A stretch of 64,000 nt of DNA from Myxococcota bacterium (lineage in GTDB: Bacteria; Myxococcota_A; Polyangia; Polyangiales; Sandaracinaceae): contig JAYZQJ010000097.1 in NCBI GenBank assembly GCA_036149055.1, positions 1-64,000 on the forward strand, written 5' to 3'. Both the position numbers and the translations under genes were made by a program. Shown piece by piece: positions 19,985 to 30,378 of this stretch. The notes beneath the pieces were generated by a model that worked only from the letters and a program-made list of their open reading frames with translations, was not told the DNA's origin and ran no database searches. Position 1 is the first letter of the stretch, and each line of letters begins with the position of its first letter.

Positions 19985-22249
19985 TCAGGGGGTGGGAGGA
20001 GCCGTAGCGACGTCGATCCGCACGCGCGCGGGCGCGCTGCGTCGGTCGCCGAGGATGGCCACCAGCTCGTGATCACCGGGGGCGGGGGACCAGTGGGGCG
20101 ATGCGTGGGGCGCGCCGTCGATCTCCCAGACCACCTCGGTGGTCGCGCCGCGCACGGTGGCGCGGAGGGGGATGGCCCCGGCGCGAACGAGCAGGCGCGC
20201 GCCGTCTTCGGGGTGCGCGACCCGCGGTGTGCCCGCCGCGTGCGGATCTTCGCGTAGCGAGAAGCCAGCCGGATGCGCGTCCTCCAGCCAGCGGGCGTAG
20301 CGTGAGGAGAGCGCGACCGTGCCGTCCTCCCGGTGCGCCTCGCAGCGCTCCAGCGGGAGCTGGCCGGGCGCGAAGCGCTCCTCGAGGGTGTGCGTGCAGC
20401 CCGGGCCCGCCAGCCGGCCGGTGACGGCGCAGACCCGCGCGTGGGCGAGCGACGGTCGCTCGAGCTCATCCCCCACCAGGTCGAGCGCCTCGAGGCGCGC
20501 GTGGGCCGCGGCGAGGAGCCGCACCGCCGAGGGCGCCGCGCCGCGGAAGCCGCTGAGCCCGCCGAGCGGACGGCCCGACGGGTCGCCCACCCAGACGACG
20601 ACCGTGACCTCGTCGGTGAACGCGGCCGTCCACGCGTCGCGCCAGCCGCTCGACGTGCCGGTCTTGAGCCCGAAGCGCGCGAGGGGGAAGAGCCTCGCCA
20701 GGTCGTCGCCGAACGCCTCGCGCCGCGCGCGCGCGTCCATGAGGATGTCTCGGGTGAGCGCCGCCGCCGCGGGGTCGATCACCGGCTGGGCCACCGGCGC
20801 CGCGCGGACCGGGCCGAGCGAGAGCGGGACGTGGGTGCCGCCGCGGGCGAGCGCCACGTAGGCCTCGGCGAGCTCGAAGCCGGTCACGTCGGCGCCGCCG
20901 AGCACGATGGCCGCGCCGTACCGGGGGGCCTCGTCGAGCTCCCGCATCCCGAGCGCGCGCAGCCGGTCCACGATGCGGTCGGCCCCGACCCGGCGCGCCG
21001 CGTCGAGGGCGGCGAGGTTCAACGACGCGCTCAGCGCCTCGCGCGCCCGCACCGGCCCTCGCTCCCGGCCGTCGTAGTCGCGCGCGGTGAAGAGCGCGCC
21101 GCCGGCCCCGACCATCGGCCGCGAGAGGTCGTCGAGCAGGCTGGCCGGCGTGCCGCCGCGCTCGAAGAAGAGCGCGTAGACGAACGGCTTGAGCGTCGAT
21201 CCCGGCTGCCGCCGCGCCCGCGCCAGGTCCAGCCAGCCGCCCGGCGCGTCGCCCTGGCGCGCGGCCCCCACGTGCGCGAGCACCTCGCCGGTGGCGTTCG
21301 AGACCACCACCGCCGCCGCGTTCGTGACCCCGCGGTCTCCGTGCGCCTGCACCGCCCGCTCCAGGACGCGCTCGGCCTCTCGCTGGAGCGGCAGATCGAG
21401 GCTGGTCTCCAGGGCCCGGCCGCGCCGGCTCAGCCTCCCCTCGCGCCACGCGTCCAGCGCCGCGTCGGCGAAGCGGGGCGCGCGCCAGGGTCGGACGGGG
21501 ACCGGTCGGATCGAGACCGCCTCCCGCGTCGCCGCGTCGTGGGTCTCGGCGTCGATCCGACCGCTGTCCCGCATGCGCCGGAGCACGATGGCCCGGCGCC
21601 GGAGCGCGCGCGGCAGGTGACGCCGTGGATCGAGCGCGGTGGGCGCCTGCGGGATGCCGGCGAGCAGCGCGGCCTCGCCGACCGTCAGCGCCGAGACCGG
21701 CTTGCCGAAGTAGAGCTCGCTGGCCCGCGCGACGCCGACCACCCGGTCGCCGAACGGGAGCCGGTTGAGGTACTGCTCGAGGATCCAGTCCTTGTCGCGC
21801 TCGCGCTCGAGCTGGATCGCCCGCGCGATCTCGCGCGGCTTGTCCCAGAGCCCGTCCGGGCGCCCGTGGGTCAGCTTGATCAGCTGCTGCGTGATCGTCG
21901 ACGCGCCGCTCGTCCGCTGCCCCGGGAGCGCCGCGCTCAGGGCCGCCCGCGCCGTCGCCCGCACGTCGACGCCCGCGTGCTCGCGGAAGCGCTGGTCCTC
22001 CACCGCGAGGACCGCGTCCACGAGGTGCGGCGACACCTCCGAGAGCGCGACCCAGCGCCGGTCCCGCCCGTCCGAGCGCGCGTGACGCAGCGGGGTCCCG
22101 TGCCGGTCGGTGACCGTGACCGCGTCGGGCGGCCGCTCGAAGCGCGCCCGGTCGACCTCGGTCGTCAGCAGCAGCCAGGCGACGCCCGCCGCGCCCAGCC
22201 CCGTGAGCGCGAGCGTCGCCTTCACCGCCCGTCGGAGCGTGCGCCTCAT
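19985..22249 (-). CDS. pbpC: Penicillin-binding protein 1C (transglycosylase/transpeptidase)
   Basis: EDQRFREHAGVD, GASTITQQLIK, SxxK (GSTLKPF), SLN, KTG; ATGA overlap with the A2M gene. Confidence 0.9.
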   Translation of the reverse strand: MRRTLRRAVKATLALTGLGAAGVAWLLLTTEVDRARFERPPDAVTVTDRHGTPLRHARSDGRDRRWVALSEVSPHLVDAVLAVEDQRFREHAGVDVRATARAALSAALPGQRTSGASTITQQLIKLTHGRPDGLWDKPREIARAIQLERERDKDWILEQYLNRLPFGDRVVGVARASELYFGKPVSALTVGEAALLAGIPQAPTALDPRRHLPRALRRRAIVLRRMRDSGRIDAETHDAATREAVSIRPVPVRPWRAPRFADAALDAWREGRLSRRGRALETSLDLPLQREAERVLERAVQAHGDRGVTNAAAVVVSNATGEVLAHVGAARQGDAPGGWLDLARARRQPGSTLKPFVYALFFERGGTPASLLDDLSRPMVGAGGALFTARDYDGRERGPVRAREALSASLNLAALDAARRVGADRIVDRLRALGMRELDEAPRYGAAIVLGGADVTGFELAEAYVALARGGTHVPLSLGPVRAAPVAQPVIDPAAAALTRDILMDARARREAFGDDLARLFPLARFGLKTGTSSGWRDAWTAAFTDEVTVVVWVGDPSGRPLGGLSGFRGAAPSAVRLLAAAHARLEALDLVGDELERPSLAHARVCAVTGRLAGPGCTHTLEERFAPGQLPLERCEAHREDGTVALSSRYARWLEDAHPAGFSLREDPHAAGTPRVAHPEDGARLLVRAGAIPLRATVRGATTEVVWEIDGAPHASPHWSPAPGDHELVAILGDRRSAPARVRIDVATAPPTP

Positions 22250-25200
22250 TCGCCCTCGTCCACCACCCGGAGCACGTTCACGCGCGACCGCGCCACGAAG
22301 CCGTGGTCGTAGAGCGCCTCGATCTGCGCCGGCGGGACGGTGAAGATGCCCACGCTGGTGGCCCGGATCGCGTAGGTGTACTCCTGCAAACCACCCGGCA
22401 TGCGATCGAAGTAGAAGCTCGCCCCGTGGCTCGGGAATGCGCGGTGGGCGATGTGCCCGAGCGAGCGCATCGCGTGGTGGGCGCGCGCGTCGACCACGTC
22501 GTCGTCCGGCCCCATGCCGAGCAGCGCGGCCAGCGACGCGCGAGGCGTCGTCTCGAGGCCCGCGTCGACCGCCTCGAAGCCGGCCGCGACCGGGTCGAAG
22601 ACGCCGACGATCTCCGGGCCGCCGCCCTCGGTGTAGACGAAGAGCCGGACGCGGATCATCTCGCCGAGCGGCACCGTCGCGCCGTCCTCGAGGGGCCGTC
22701 CGTCCTGGGTCTCGAAGACGCGATGCAGCGCGGTGCGTCGGCCGCGCGGGGTCTCGTCGGCCTCGGTCAACGGGACCGCCCAGCGGCCGTCGAGGCTGAA
22801 GAACACCGCGCCGTCGTCCGCGCCGCGCACGTGGAGGGTGTGGGCCCCGCGCAGCGCCGGCACCTCGATCCGGTAGGTCGCCGCGCTGTCCGAGCGGGTG
22901 ATCGCGGGGAGCGCCTGTCCGTCCAGCAGGACCTGCGCCGCTCCGCCCTCGCCCCACGCCCAGAGCGACGCGTAGGCCGAGAGCCCGAGGAGCGCGCGCG
23001 CCGTCTCGAGCGAGCTCGACCAGGGGTGACCGGGCCGGCCTCCCCGCACCACGAGCAGCTGTCCGGCCAGCTCGCCCGCGCGCGGGTGGCCGACCTCGTA
23101 GCGGCTCGCGGCCTCGAGCACCGCGCCGAAGGTCCGCGCGCTCCGCTCCACCCAGCGCAGGCGCGACGGGTCGCGGGCCTCGTCGTCCCGGTCGGCGAGC
23201 ACCTGGCGGCTCGCGGAGAGCACCAGCGTGTCGGTGCGCGGGTCGTCCGGCCCGAAGGCCAGCGCGAGCTGCGCGAGGCCGAAGGGCGACAGGCGCTCCC
23301 GCTGCTCGTAGATCGCGGTGGCCCGTGCGCCCTGCGGCTGCCCCGCCTCCGCGAGGACCCGGAGCGCGTAGGCGATCCGGTCGAGCCCGCTCTCGCCGTA
23401 CTGGTCCTGGAACGACGCCCCGTTCACCAGCGGCGCGAGCACCTCCGCCGCGCGTCGGGTCACGTCGGGGTCCACCCAGCCGTGTCGCTGCGCCGCCGCG
23501 AGCGCGTGGGTCGCCACCGCGGTCTCGTGGAGCAAGGTCCAGCCGGCGCTCGTCCAGCGAGAGAAGCCGCCCTCCCCGTTCTGCAGCGCGGTGAGCCGGC
23601 GGACGAGGCGCTCGGCCCGGGCCCGGAGCTCCGCCGGCGAGAGCCCACCCGACGGCGCGGCGACGCCGAGGTCGGCCCACGCGGCGAGCGCGAGCAGGGT
23701 CGCGGCGACCGACTCGGTGTCGCCCCACGGCGAGGCCTCGAGGCTCTCGACCGCGCCCTCGAAGCCGATGAAGGGGTGAGAGGCGACGGTGACCCGGAGC
23801 CCGCCGCCGGTGCGCGGCGTCGCCTCGGGCAAGCCGACCTGCACGTCGCGCGATCCCTCGGCGGCGCCGAAGACCTGGCTGCGCACGTAGCGTCCGCGCG
23901 GGGCGACCGCGATCTCGTCTCGCACCGCGACCGCCTCGTCCCCCGCGCGGGCGTCGAAGCGGAGCGCGAGGGGCCCCTCGGCCGGCGCGGTGACGGGCTC
24001 GGAGATCCGGAGCTCGCCGCCCGCCGGCAGGGTGACGGTGTGGCCCGGGCGCCGCGCGTCGCCGACCGTCAGCGACCAGGTCACCTCGAGGGGCGCCTCG
24101 GTCGCGTTGTGGAGGAACGCCGCCGCCTCCACCGCGTCGCCGGCGGTGAGGAAGCGCGGGAACGCGGGGCGCAGCACGAGCGGCTGCTCGGCCACCAGCT
24201 GGGTCGACGCGCGACCGGCCCGCGCGCCCTCGTCGACCGCCACCGCCATCACGCGGTACTCGGTCGCGCGCTCCGGGAGCGTGAGCGTGGCGGTCGCCCG
24301 GCCGCGCGCGTCGGTCTCGAGCGCGGGCGCCCAGAGCGGGGTCGGCTCGAAGCGCTCGCGGTCGTCCATCATGCGGCGGGTCGCCTCGCCGTCGCCCCCG
24401 TCCCCGCTGGCCTCCGGCATCGGCGGGGGCTGGATGCGAGAGACGAGGTCGCGGCGGGTGTCTTCCCAGGCGAAGGCCGGCGGCCGCGGCCGGAACAGGT
24501 TGCCGATCGGGTTGGGCGTCGCGTAGCCGGTCAGCCGCAGCGTGCCCTCGTCGACGGCCCAGAGCGTCACCTCGCCCCGCACCGGCCGGCCCGCGTCGTC
24601 GCGCACCTGCACCGCGACCGGGACGGTGGCGCCGGGGCGCGCGTCCTCGGGCGCCTCGAGCGTGACGTGCAGGCGCGAGGACTCGGGCGCGACCCGCAGC
24701 TCGGCCACGCCGAAGCGGAGATCCGGCGCGTGCAGATCGATGGCCTCGCCGGGGGGGCCGGTGCGCGGGCGCACCAGGGTCACCGAGACGAAGACGTTCG
24801 GCACCATGCCCGCGTCGAGCCGCACCCGGACGACGTTGCCGCCGGGCTGCACCGGGCGCCGCTCGAGGGCGCGGGCGCCGTCCTCCGACTCGAGCGTGAT
24901 CAGCGCGGTGGCCACGTCGAACGGGGACTCGAAGGCGAGCTCGGCCGTCTCGCCGACCGTCCAGCGCTGCCGGGTCGGGGTCACCGCGATCGGCGCGCCG
25001 GGCGGATCCCGGTCGGGCTGCTCGTCCGGGCCGGCGACGTAAACGCGGCGGCTGGCGACCGAGCGGCGCCCCGCGTCGTCGGTGGTCTCGACCTCGACGA
25101 GGTAGGTCCCGGAGCGCGTCGGCGCGTAGGCGCACGCGGTGGGCTCGGCCGCGCTCTCCAGCCGGCAGCGGTGCACGGGCGCGCGCCGCTGGTCGCGCCG

Positions 25201-27987
25201 GAGCTGGTAGCCGCCGCGCGCGTGGCTCCGCTCGGACCACTCCCACCAGGAGTGCCAGCCCTCGCGGAAGAAGCGGGCCTCGATCGCGCGCCCCTCCGCC
25301 GGCTCGCCCTCGTGGTCGACGACGATCGCGCGGGCCTCGAGCGGCTCCCCGAGCGCGACCCAGTCGTCGCCGCGGGCGAGGCCGACCTCGAGCGCGGCCG
25401 GGTAGCCGACGAAGCTGCGCCGGGCGGCGTGGGTGTGGCCGGCGGCGTCGGTGATCTCCGCCTCGAGCTCGAAGCGGGTCCGCGCGCTCGCGGCGAGCTG
25501 CACGCTCATGGCCAGCGCCGCCCGGCCGGCGGCCCCGAGCTCCTCCTCGCCTCCGGCCACCGTCCCGCTGCCCGCGCTCGCGCCCGCCGGCGTGAAGCGG
25601 AAGCGCGACCAGCGTTCGGGGTAGGAGGCGGCGCCGGCGCGCACGAGCGACCAGCGCAGCCGCCCGTTCGTGACCGGCGCGCCGAAGAGGTAGGTGCCCG
25701 CCGCGTCGACGGTCAGCGCGTCGCCCGCGTGCACCGGCCCCTCGACCGGCGAGAGATCCACCCGGAAGGTGGGCTGCCTGAACTCGGCCACGCGGAACGT
25801 CGTGCTCCCGAGGAGGCGCTCCTCGTCGAGCACCTCGACCCGCCAGGTCCCGAGCGGCGCCCCGGCCGGCAGATCGAGCGCGACCGCCGCGGTGCCGAAG
25901 CGCGAGGGCGTCACGACCAGCTCGCGGAGCGGGGCGTCTCGCTCGGGCGCGAGCACCCGCACCCGGTGCGTCCCGCCGGAGACCGCGCGGACCCGCGTCC
26001 CGTCGACCTCCCGGATCACGAGCTTGGCGCGCAGCGACTCGCCCGGTCGGTAGGCGCCGCGATCGGTGAAGACGGTGGCGATCGGCCCGGGCGACGGAGC
26101 GGCGCCCGGCGAGAGCCCCATCTGCGCCGGGCCGACCGCGGTGCGCGGGTCGAGGAGCAGGGCCGCGCGGTCCTCGCCGTGGGTGACCAGCACCGCGTGG
26201 CTCACCACGAGCGGGCTCGCCTCCATGCGCACGTGAGCGACGCCCTGCGCGTCGGTGCTCGCCCGCGCGCGCTCGCGCCCCTCGGCGTCGGCGACCACGA
26301 TGGTGGCGCCCTCCACCGGCTCGGCGGTGGCGATCGAGGTGACCCAGAGGAGCAGCTCGCGAGGATGCGCGCGCACGGTCACGCCGAGGTCGGTGGCCTG
26401 CACGAAGGCGGTGTGGGCCGCGTTCGGGCGCCGGGAGGGATCGGGCCGGAACGACACCACGCTCATCGCGCTCTCGTCGTCGCGCCAGGCGTAGTCGCCC
26501 GGGCCCCAGCGGTTGGGGCGCGCGCGGGGCGCGAGGGGCGCGAGCGGTGACGAGGCGCCGCCGTTCTGGACGAAGCGGGTCGGGGAGACCAGCGCGGCGA
26601 GCTCCTGCCCGGGCGCGACCGGCCGCCGCAGCACGTCGGCGGGCGCCGGGTTCACGATGGCGAAGGGGATCGTGCCCGCGGCGTCCCGCTCGTAGGTCAG
26701 CTCACCCTCCGCGACGCGGATGGACGGCGCGTGGCCCGCGCTCCGGATCGCGAGCGGCGGCAGCGGTCGCAGCGGCTCGCCGGTCTCGGTGCGCAGCCCG
26801 CTGACCCGCACCTCGTAGACCTGGTCCGCCTCCCACTCCCCGCTCAGCTCGATCAGCCGGCTCTGCGGCGGCCCGTGAGGCGCGAGGCGCACGCGCAGAT
26901 CGGCGACCGCGGGGCGCACCCGGAAGTTGGCGACGCTCGCGCCGTCGAGCCGCGCGCTCGAGAGCAGGCGGAGGCTCGGTCCGATGCCGATGATCTCCCC
27001 GGGCGAGCCGCGGTGATCGCACTGCCCCGGGTAGGCCGCGCCCTCCTGACAGCCGACGCCCTCGAGGTGCGGCCGCGGGGCCAGCTCGTAGGTCATCACC
27101 GCCGGGCTGCTGCCGCCCCAGGGCAGATATCGCGGGGCGAGCGCGAGCGCGATCCGCGCGCCCGGCTCGAGCGCCCGGCGGAGGCGCACGTCCACCCGGT
27201 AGCCGCTCTCGGGCTGGGTGCGCGAGGCGGTGAGCGCGACCGGGACCGAGCGGTGGCCTCCGCCGATCTCGTAGGCGAGCAGCTCCTGGCGCAGGCTCGA
27301 GGGGCGCACCGGGGCGTCGAAGATCAGCGGCAGCGCCGCGCCCGCCTCCACCCTCCCCTGCGAGCGGTACGGATTCACGCGGGGCGCGCCGTCCAGCACC
27401 AGCACCCGCTCGAGGTCGTCGACGAGCGCCTCCCCCGACAGCGACGCGAGCCCCTCGGCGAACCCGATGCGCACCTCGCGCACGCCTGGCGTCCACGCGG
27501 TCGGCGCGGGCGCGAACACCACCGTCGAGCGCGAGACCCAGCGCGCCTCTCCCGAGAGCGACGGTCGGAAGCGCAGCGGCGAGCGCTCCGCCGGGCGGCC
27601 CACGCGCCAGCCCTCCACCATCGGCCGGTTGAAGCGGACGGTCAGCGACGCCCCGCGCCGCAGGCTCGTCGCGCCCTCCCGCGGCGCGATCACCGCCAGC
27701 GCCTCCGGCTGATCGGCCACCAGGAGCGGCGCGAGGGGCGCGCTCGGCGGCAGCGTCTCCTCCGCCGGCGGCCACGCCCGGACGTCCTCGAAGAGCCCGG
27801 GCGGCACGGTCCCGATCGCCGGTCGATCCGCCTCCTCCTCACCCTGGAACAGGAGCCCCGCCACCAGCGCGACCAGCGCCGTCGCGCCGCCCACCGCCCA
27901 GGGGATCCATCGTCGCCGCGGGCGCCGCCCCCGCGCCGAGGTTCGATAGGGTCCGTCGCCGGGCGTGGAGGGATCGCGGGTGGTCAT
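22246..27987 (-). CDS. Bacterial alpha-2-macroglobulin family protein
   Basis: N-terminal TM; FTDRGAYRPGE (MG2), FRVAEFRQPTF, AVDEGTLRLTGY, PRFLTAGD, YAIRATSVGIFTVPPAQIEALY; adjacent to pbpC. Confidence 0.9.
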   Translation of the reverse strand: MTTRDPSTPGDGPYRTSARGRRPRRRWIPWAVGGATALVALVAGLLFQGEEEADRPAIGTVPPGLFEDVRAWPPAEETLPPSAPLAPLLVADQPEALAVIAPREGATSLRRGASLTVRFNRPMVEGWRVGRPAERSPLRFRPSLSGEARWVSRSTVVFAPAPTAWTPGVREVRIGFAEGLASLSGEALVDDLERVLVLDGAPRVNPYRSQGRVEAGAALPLIFDAPVRPSSLRQELLAYEIGGGHRSVPVALTASRTQPESGYRVDVRLRRALEPGARIALALAPRYLPWGGSSPAVMTYELAPRPHLEGVGCQEGAAYPGQCDHRGSPGEIIGIGPSLRLLSSARLDGASVANFRVRPAVADLRVRLAPHGPPQSRLIELSGEWEADQVYEVRVSGLRTETGEPLRPLPPLAIRSAGHAPSIRVAEGELTYERDAAGTIPFAIVNPAPADVLRRPVAPGQELAALVSPTRFVQNGGASSPLAPLAPRARPNRWGPGDYAWRDDESAMSVVSFRPDPSRRPNAAHTAFVQATDLGVTVRAHPRELLLWVTSIATAEPVEGATIVVADAEGRERARASTDAQGVAHVRMEASPLVVSHAVLVTHGEDRAALLLDPRTAVGPAQMGLSPGAAPSPGPIATVFTDRGAYRPGESLRAKLVIREVDGTRVRAVSGGTHRVRVLAPERDAPLRELVVTPSRFGTAAVALDLPAGAPLGTWRVEVLDEERLLGSTTFRVAEFRQPTFRVDLSPVEGPVHAGDALTVDAAGTYLFGAPVTNGRLRWSLVRAGAASYPERWSRFRFTPAGASAGSGTVAGGEEELGAAGRAALAMSVQLAASARTRFELEAEITDAAGHTHAARRSFVGYPAALEVGLARGDDWVALGEPLEARAIVVDHEGEPAEGRAIEARFFREGWHSWWEWSERSHARGGYQLRRDQRRAPVHRCRLESAAEPTACAYAPTRSGTYLVEVETTDDAGRRSVASRRVYVAGPDEQPDRDPPGAPIAVTPTRQRWTVGETAELAFESPFDVATALITLESEDGARALERRPVQPGGNVVRVRLDAGMVPNVFVSVTLVRPRTGPPGEAIDLHAPDLRFGVAELRVAPESSRLHVTLEAPEDARPGATVPVAVQVRDDAGRPVRGEVTLWAVDEGTLRLTGYATPNPIGNLFRPRPPAFAWEDTRRDLVSRIQPPPMPEASGDGGDGEATRRMMDDRERFEPTPLWAPALETDARGRATATLTLPERATEYRVMAVAVDEGARAGRASTQLVAEQPLVLRPAFPRFLTAGDAVEAAAFLHNATEAPLEVTWSLTVGDARRPGHTVTLPAGGELRISEPVTAPAEGPLALRFDARAGDEAVAVRDEIAVAPRGRYVRSQVFGAAEGSRDVQVGLPEATPRTGGGLRVTVASHPFIGFEGAVESLEASPWGDTESVAATLLALAAWADLGVAAPSGGLSPAELRARAERLVRRLTALQNGEGGFSRWTSAGWTLLHETAVATHALAAAQRHGWVDPDVTRRAAEVLAPLVNGASFQDQYGESGLDRIAYALRVLAEAGQPQGARATAIYEQRERLSPFGLAQLALAFGPDDPRTDTLVLSASRQVLADRDDEARDPSRLRWVERSARTFGAVLEAASRYEVGHPRAGELAGQLLVVRGGRPGHPWSSSLETARALLGLSAYASLWAWGEGGAAQVLLDGQALPAITRSDSAATYRIEVPALRGAHTLHVRGADDGAVFFSLDGRWAVPLTEADETPRGRRTALHRVFETQDGRPLEDGATVPLGEMIRVRLFVYTEGGGPEIVGVFDPVAAGFEAVDAGLETTPRASLAALLGMGPDDDVVDARAHHAMRSLGHIAHRAFPSHGASFYFDRMPGGLQEYTYAIRATSVGIFTVPPAQIEALYDHGFVARSRVNVLRVVDEGE

Positions 27988-28100
27988 GCCGCATGCGCGC
28001 AGCAAACCTCGCGCCGCCGCGTCTCACCCCGCGCTCTGCGGCTCCGGCTCGCCTCCGCGTGTCCGCACGCCCACGCCGTGTCGGCGCGACGACACGATCT

Positions 28101-28724
28101 TCAACTGACGAGGAGCGCGACGGCGAGGCTCGGGCGGAGGGCCCAGCCGCGCGGCGGGAAGGGGCCGTCCGCGAGCGGGTTCATCGGCGGGCCGGTGAGG
28201 CCGTCGGCGGACCAGGCGCCGAGCCCGAAGCGCCCCTGCACGCGCAGCCCGGGGAGCGCTTCCACCTCGAACCCGGCGAACCCGCCGAGCGCCATGCCGG
28301 CCACGAAGTAGTCCTCGAGCCCGTAGAGCAGCCGGGTGATGCCCACGCCGACGGAAGCGCCGAGCGAGACCGCGAGCCCTCCCTCGAGGCGCAGCACGAG
28401 CGACGGCTCGACGCTCGGCAGGAAGTAGGGCTGCGTGTGGCCCAGCGGCTCGAAGAGCGCGCCCGCCTCGAGCCGGCCCTCGAGCCGGAACCAGCGCACA
28501 TCGAAGCCGGCCCCGGCGGAGGCGCCGAGACCGAGCACCAGGCGCTGACCGTGCCCCGGGATCTCGCTCTCGTCCGTGCCCGAGATCCGGCTGCCCGCCA
28601 TGACCGGCGCGTCGACCGAGAAGCGGCCGAACCCCCGGACGTCGTCGACCTGCGCGCGGGCCACGCCCACGCTGGAGAGCACGAGCGCGACCACCCCCAC
28701 ACCGGCGACCCTCATGCCCCCCAT
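28101..28724 (-). CDS. Hypothetical exported protein, possibly a small outer-membrane beta-barrel
   Basis: Signal peptide ending VARA-Q; alternating Gly/aromatic beta-strand pattern. Confidence 0.6.
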   Translation of the reverse strand: MGGMRVAGVGVVALVLSSVGVARAQVDDVRGFGRFSVDAPVMAGSRISGTDESEIPGHGQRLVLGLGASAGAGFDVRWFRLEGRLEAGALFEPLGHTQPYFLPSVEPSLVLRLEGGLAVSLGASVGVGITRLLYGLEDYFVAGMALGGFAGFEVEALPGLRVQGRFGLGAWSADGLTGPPMNPLADGPFPPRGWALRPSLAVALLVS

Positions 28725-28754
28725 GGTGCGCGCCCCGCCCCCCGACGTTGCAGG

Positions 28755-29519
28755 TCAGTCCTCGACGATGGACGCCGAGCGGATGTAGTCCATCTCGGGG
28801 AAGTCGGCGCGGAGGTAGGTGTTGCCCTCGTTCTGGATGCGGCCCTGGATGGGTCCGCGGCCGCGCGGGGCACCCTCGCCGTAGCCGGCGTAGAGACGGT
28901 CGACGACGCTCATGTCGCGGACCCGGCCGAAGGGCGCGAAGCCCATCGAGTCGAGGCGCGAGTTGTCGACGAGGTTGATGAAGAACTGGGTGGTCCGGGT
29001 GCCCGGGCCCGCCATCGCGTAGCTCACCATGCCGCGCGTGTTCGACTGCTCGACCGGGTCGTCGGGGATGTTCCGGTCGCGCCACTGGCGGCTCACCGCC
29101 GGGTCACCGTGAATGCCGGCCTGGGCCATGAAGCCCTCGATCACGCGGAAGAACGCGATGTCCTGGAAGTAGCCCTCGCGCACGAGCGTGTAGAAGCGGT
29201 CCGCGCCGTGCGGGGCCCAGGCGCGCGTCACGTCGATGAGCACCGCCCCCTTGGTGGTCTCGAGGCGCACGGTGAAGGTGTCCGGCGCGCGCTGGTCCCC
29301 CTCGGCGACCTCCTGGGCCGGCGGCTGCGGGCGCGGCGGCTCGACGCGCACCGGCTCGGTGCGCTCGCGCGGGGTCGCCTCGGCGGGCGCGCCCCCGGCG
29401 CCTTCGTCCGCCGCGGTCCTCAGGCGGGGCAGGTCCTCGGGATCGGTCGCGGGCTCGGCCGAGCGCGAGCAGCCGACGGCGGTGCAGGAGAGCGCGAGAA
29501 GCAAGGCGAGACGACGCAA
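28755..29519 (-). CDS. Cyclophilin-type peptidyl-prolyl isomerase lipoprotein
   Basis: Lipobox AVGC; FFRVIEGFMAQAG, SNTRGMVSYAM, TTQFFINL, FAPFGRV. Confidence 0.92.
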   Translation of the reverse strand: MRRLALLLALSCTAVGCSRSAEPATDPEDLPRLRTAADEGAGGAPAEATPRERTEPVRVEPPRPQPPAQEVAEGDQRAPDTFTVRLETTKGAVLIDVTRAWAPHGADRFYTLVREGYFQDIAFFRVIEGFMAQAGIHGDPAVSRQWRDRNIPDDPVEQSNTRGMVSYAMAGPGTRTTQFFINLVDNSRLDSMGFAPFGRVRDMSVVDRLYAGYGEGAPRGRGPIQGRIQNEGNTYLRADFPEMDYIRSASIVED

Positions 29520-29589
29520 GGGGTTCCTCCGTTCCAGGGTCCGTTCGTGCGGCGGTATAGCGTCTCTCCCTGGTACTGTCTCGCCGTCG

Positions 29590-30378
29590 ATGAAGACCTG
29601 GATCGTGCGCGCGCTCGTGGTGATCGGCCTGCTGTTCTTCGGCTGGGTCGCTCACTTCTTCCTCGCGCCGCGCGGGCTGGCCTGGATCGTCTGGACGCTC
29701 GCCGGGATCGTGGTCGCGTTCGTGGCCCTCGAGCTCGTGCTCCGCACCCGCAAGCGTCGGGGCGAGCGCTCGGACTGGGCGCGCTGGCAGGCCGCGGTGA
29801 CCGAGCCGGCGCGCCGCCGGGACGCCATCCGGGAGCTGAAGCGGGAGATCGATCGGGCGCGGCGCTTCGGCCCGCGCGGCCGGGTGAAGCACGCGCGCCT
29901 CGCCACCCGCCTCGCGGAGCTGCAGCTCGCGCTCGGGGACGCGGAGGCGGCCATCGCGACGCTCGCCAAGGCCCCGGTCCAGGACCTCGAGCCGCTCCCC
30001 GCCGCCGTGATCCGGTGCGCCCGCGCGCAGGCCTACCTTCACGCCGGGGACGCCGACGGAGCGCACGCCACGCTGTCGCCGGTGGACGCCGAGACCGGCG
30101 ACGCCGTCGTCGACGCGAGCCTGCGCCTCGCCCGGGGCGGCATCGCGCTCGAGCGGGGCGACGCGGACGCGGCGCTCGAGGCGGCCCGGGCCATCGCCGC
30201 CATCGCCGAGCCCTACGACGAGCTCTGGGACGAGGCCCGCGCGCTCGAGGCGGCGGCGCTCGACGCCCTGGGCGCGAGCGAGGCGGCGGCGGAGGCGTTA
30301 GGGTCGATCGAGGCGCCCGGGCGCGCCCGGCTCGAGGCGGTCGGCAGCGCGCGCGTACGGCGCCTGCTCGAACGATGA
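29590..30378 (+). CDS. Membrane protein with two N-terminal TMs and a TPR-like helical region
   Basis: Two hydrophobic segments, then Ala-rich TPR-like repeats; ATGA overlap with the next gene. Confidence 0.7.
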   Translation: MKTWIVRALVVIGLLFFGWVAHFFLAPRGLAWIVWTLAGIVVAFVALELVLRTRKRRGERSDWARWQAAVTEPARRRDAIRELKREIDRARRFGPRGRVKHARLATRLAELQLALGDAEAAIATLAKAPVQDLEPLPAAVIRCARAQAYLHAGDADGAHATLSPVDAETGDAVVDASLRLARGGIALERGDADAALEAARAIAAIAEPYDELWDEARALEAAALDALGASEAAAEALGSIEAPGRARLEAVGSARVRRLLER

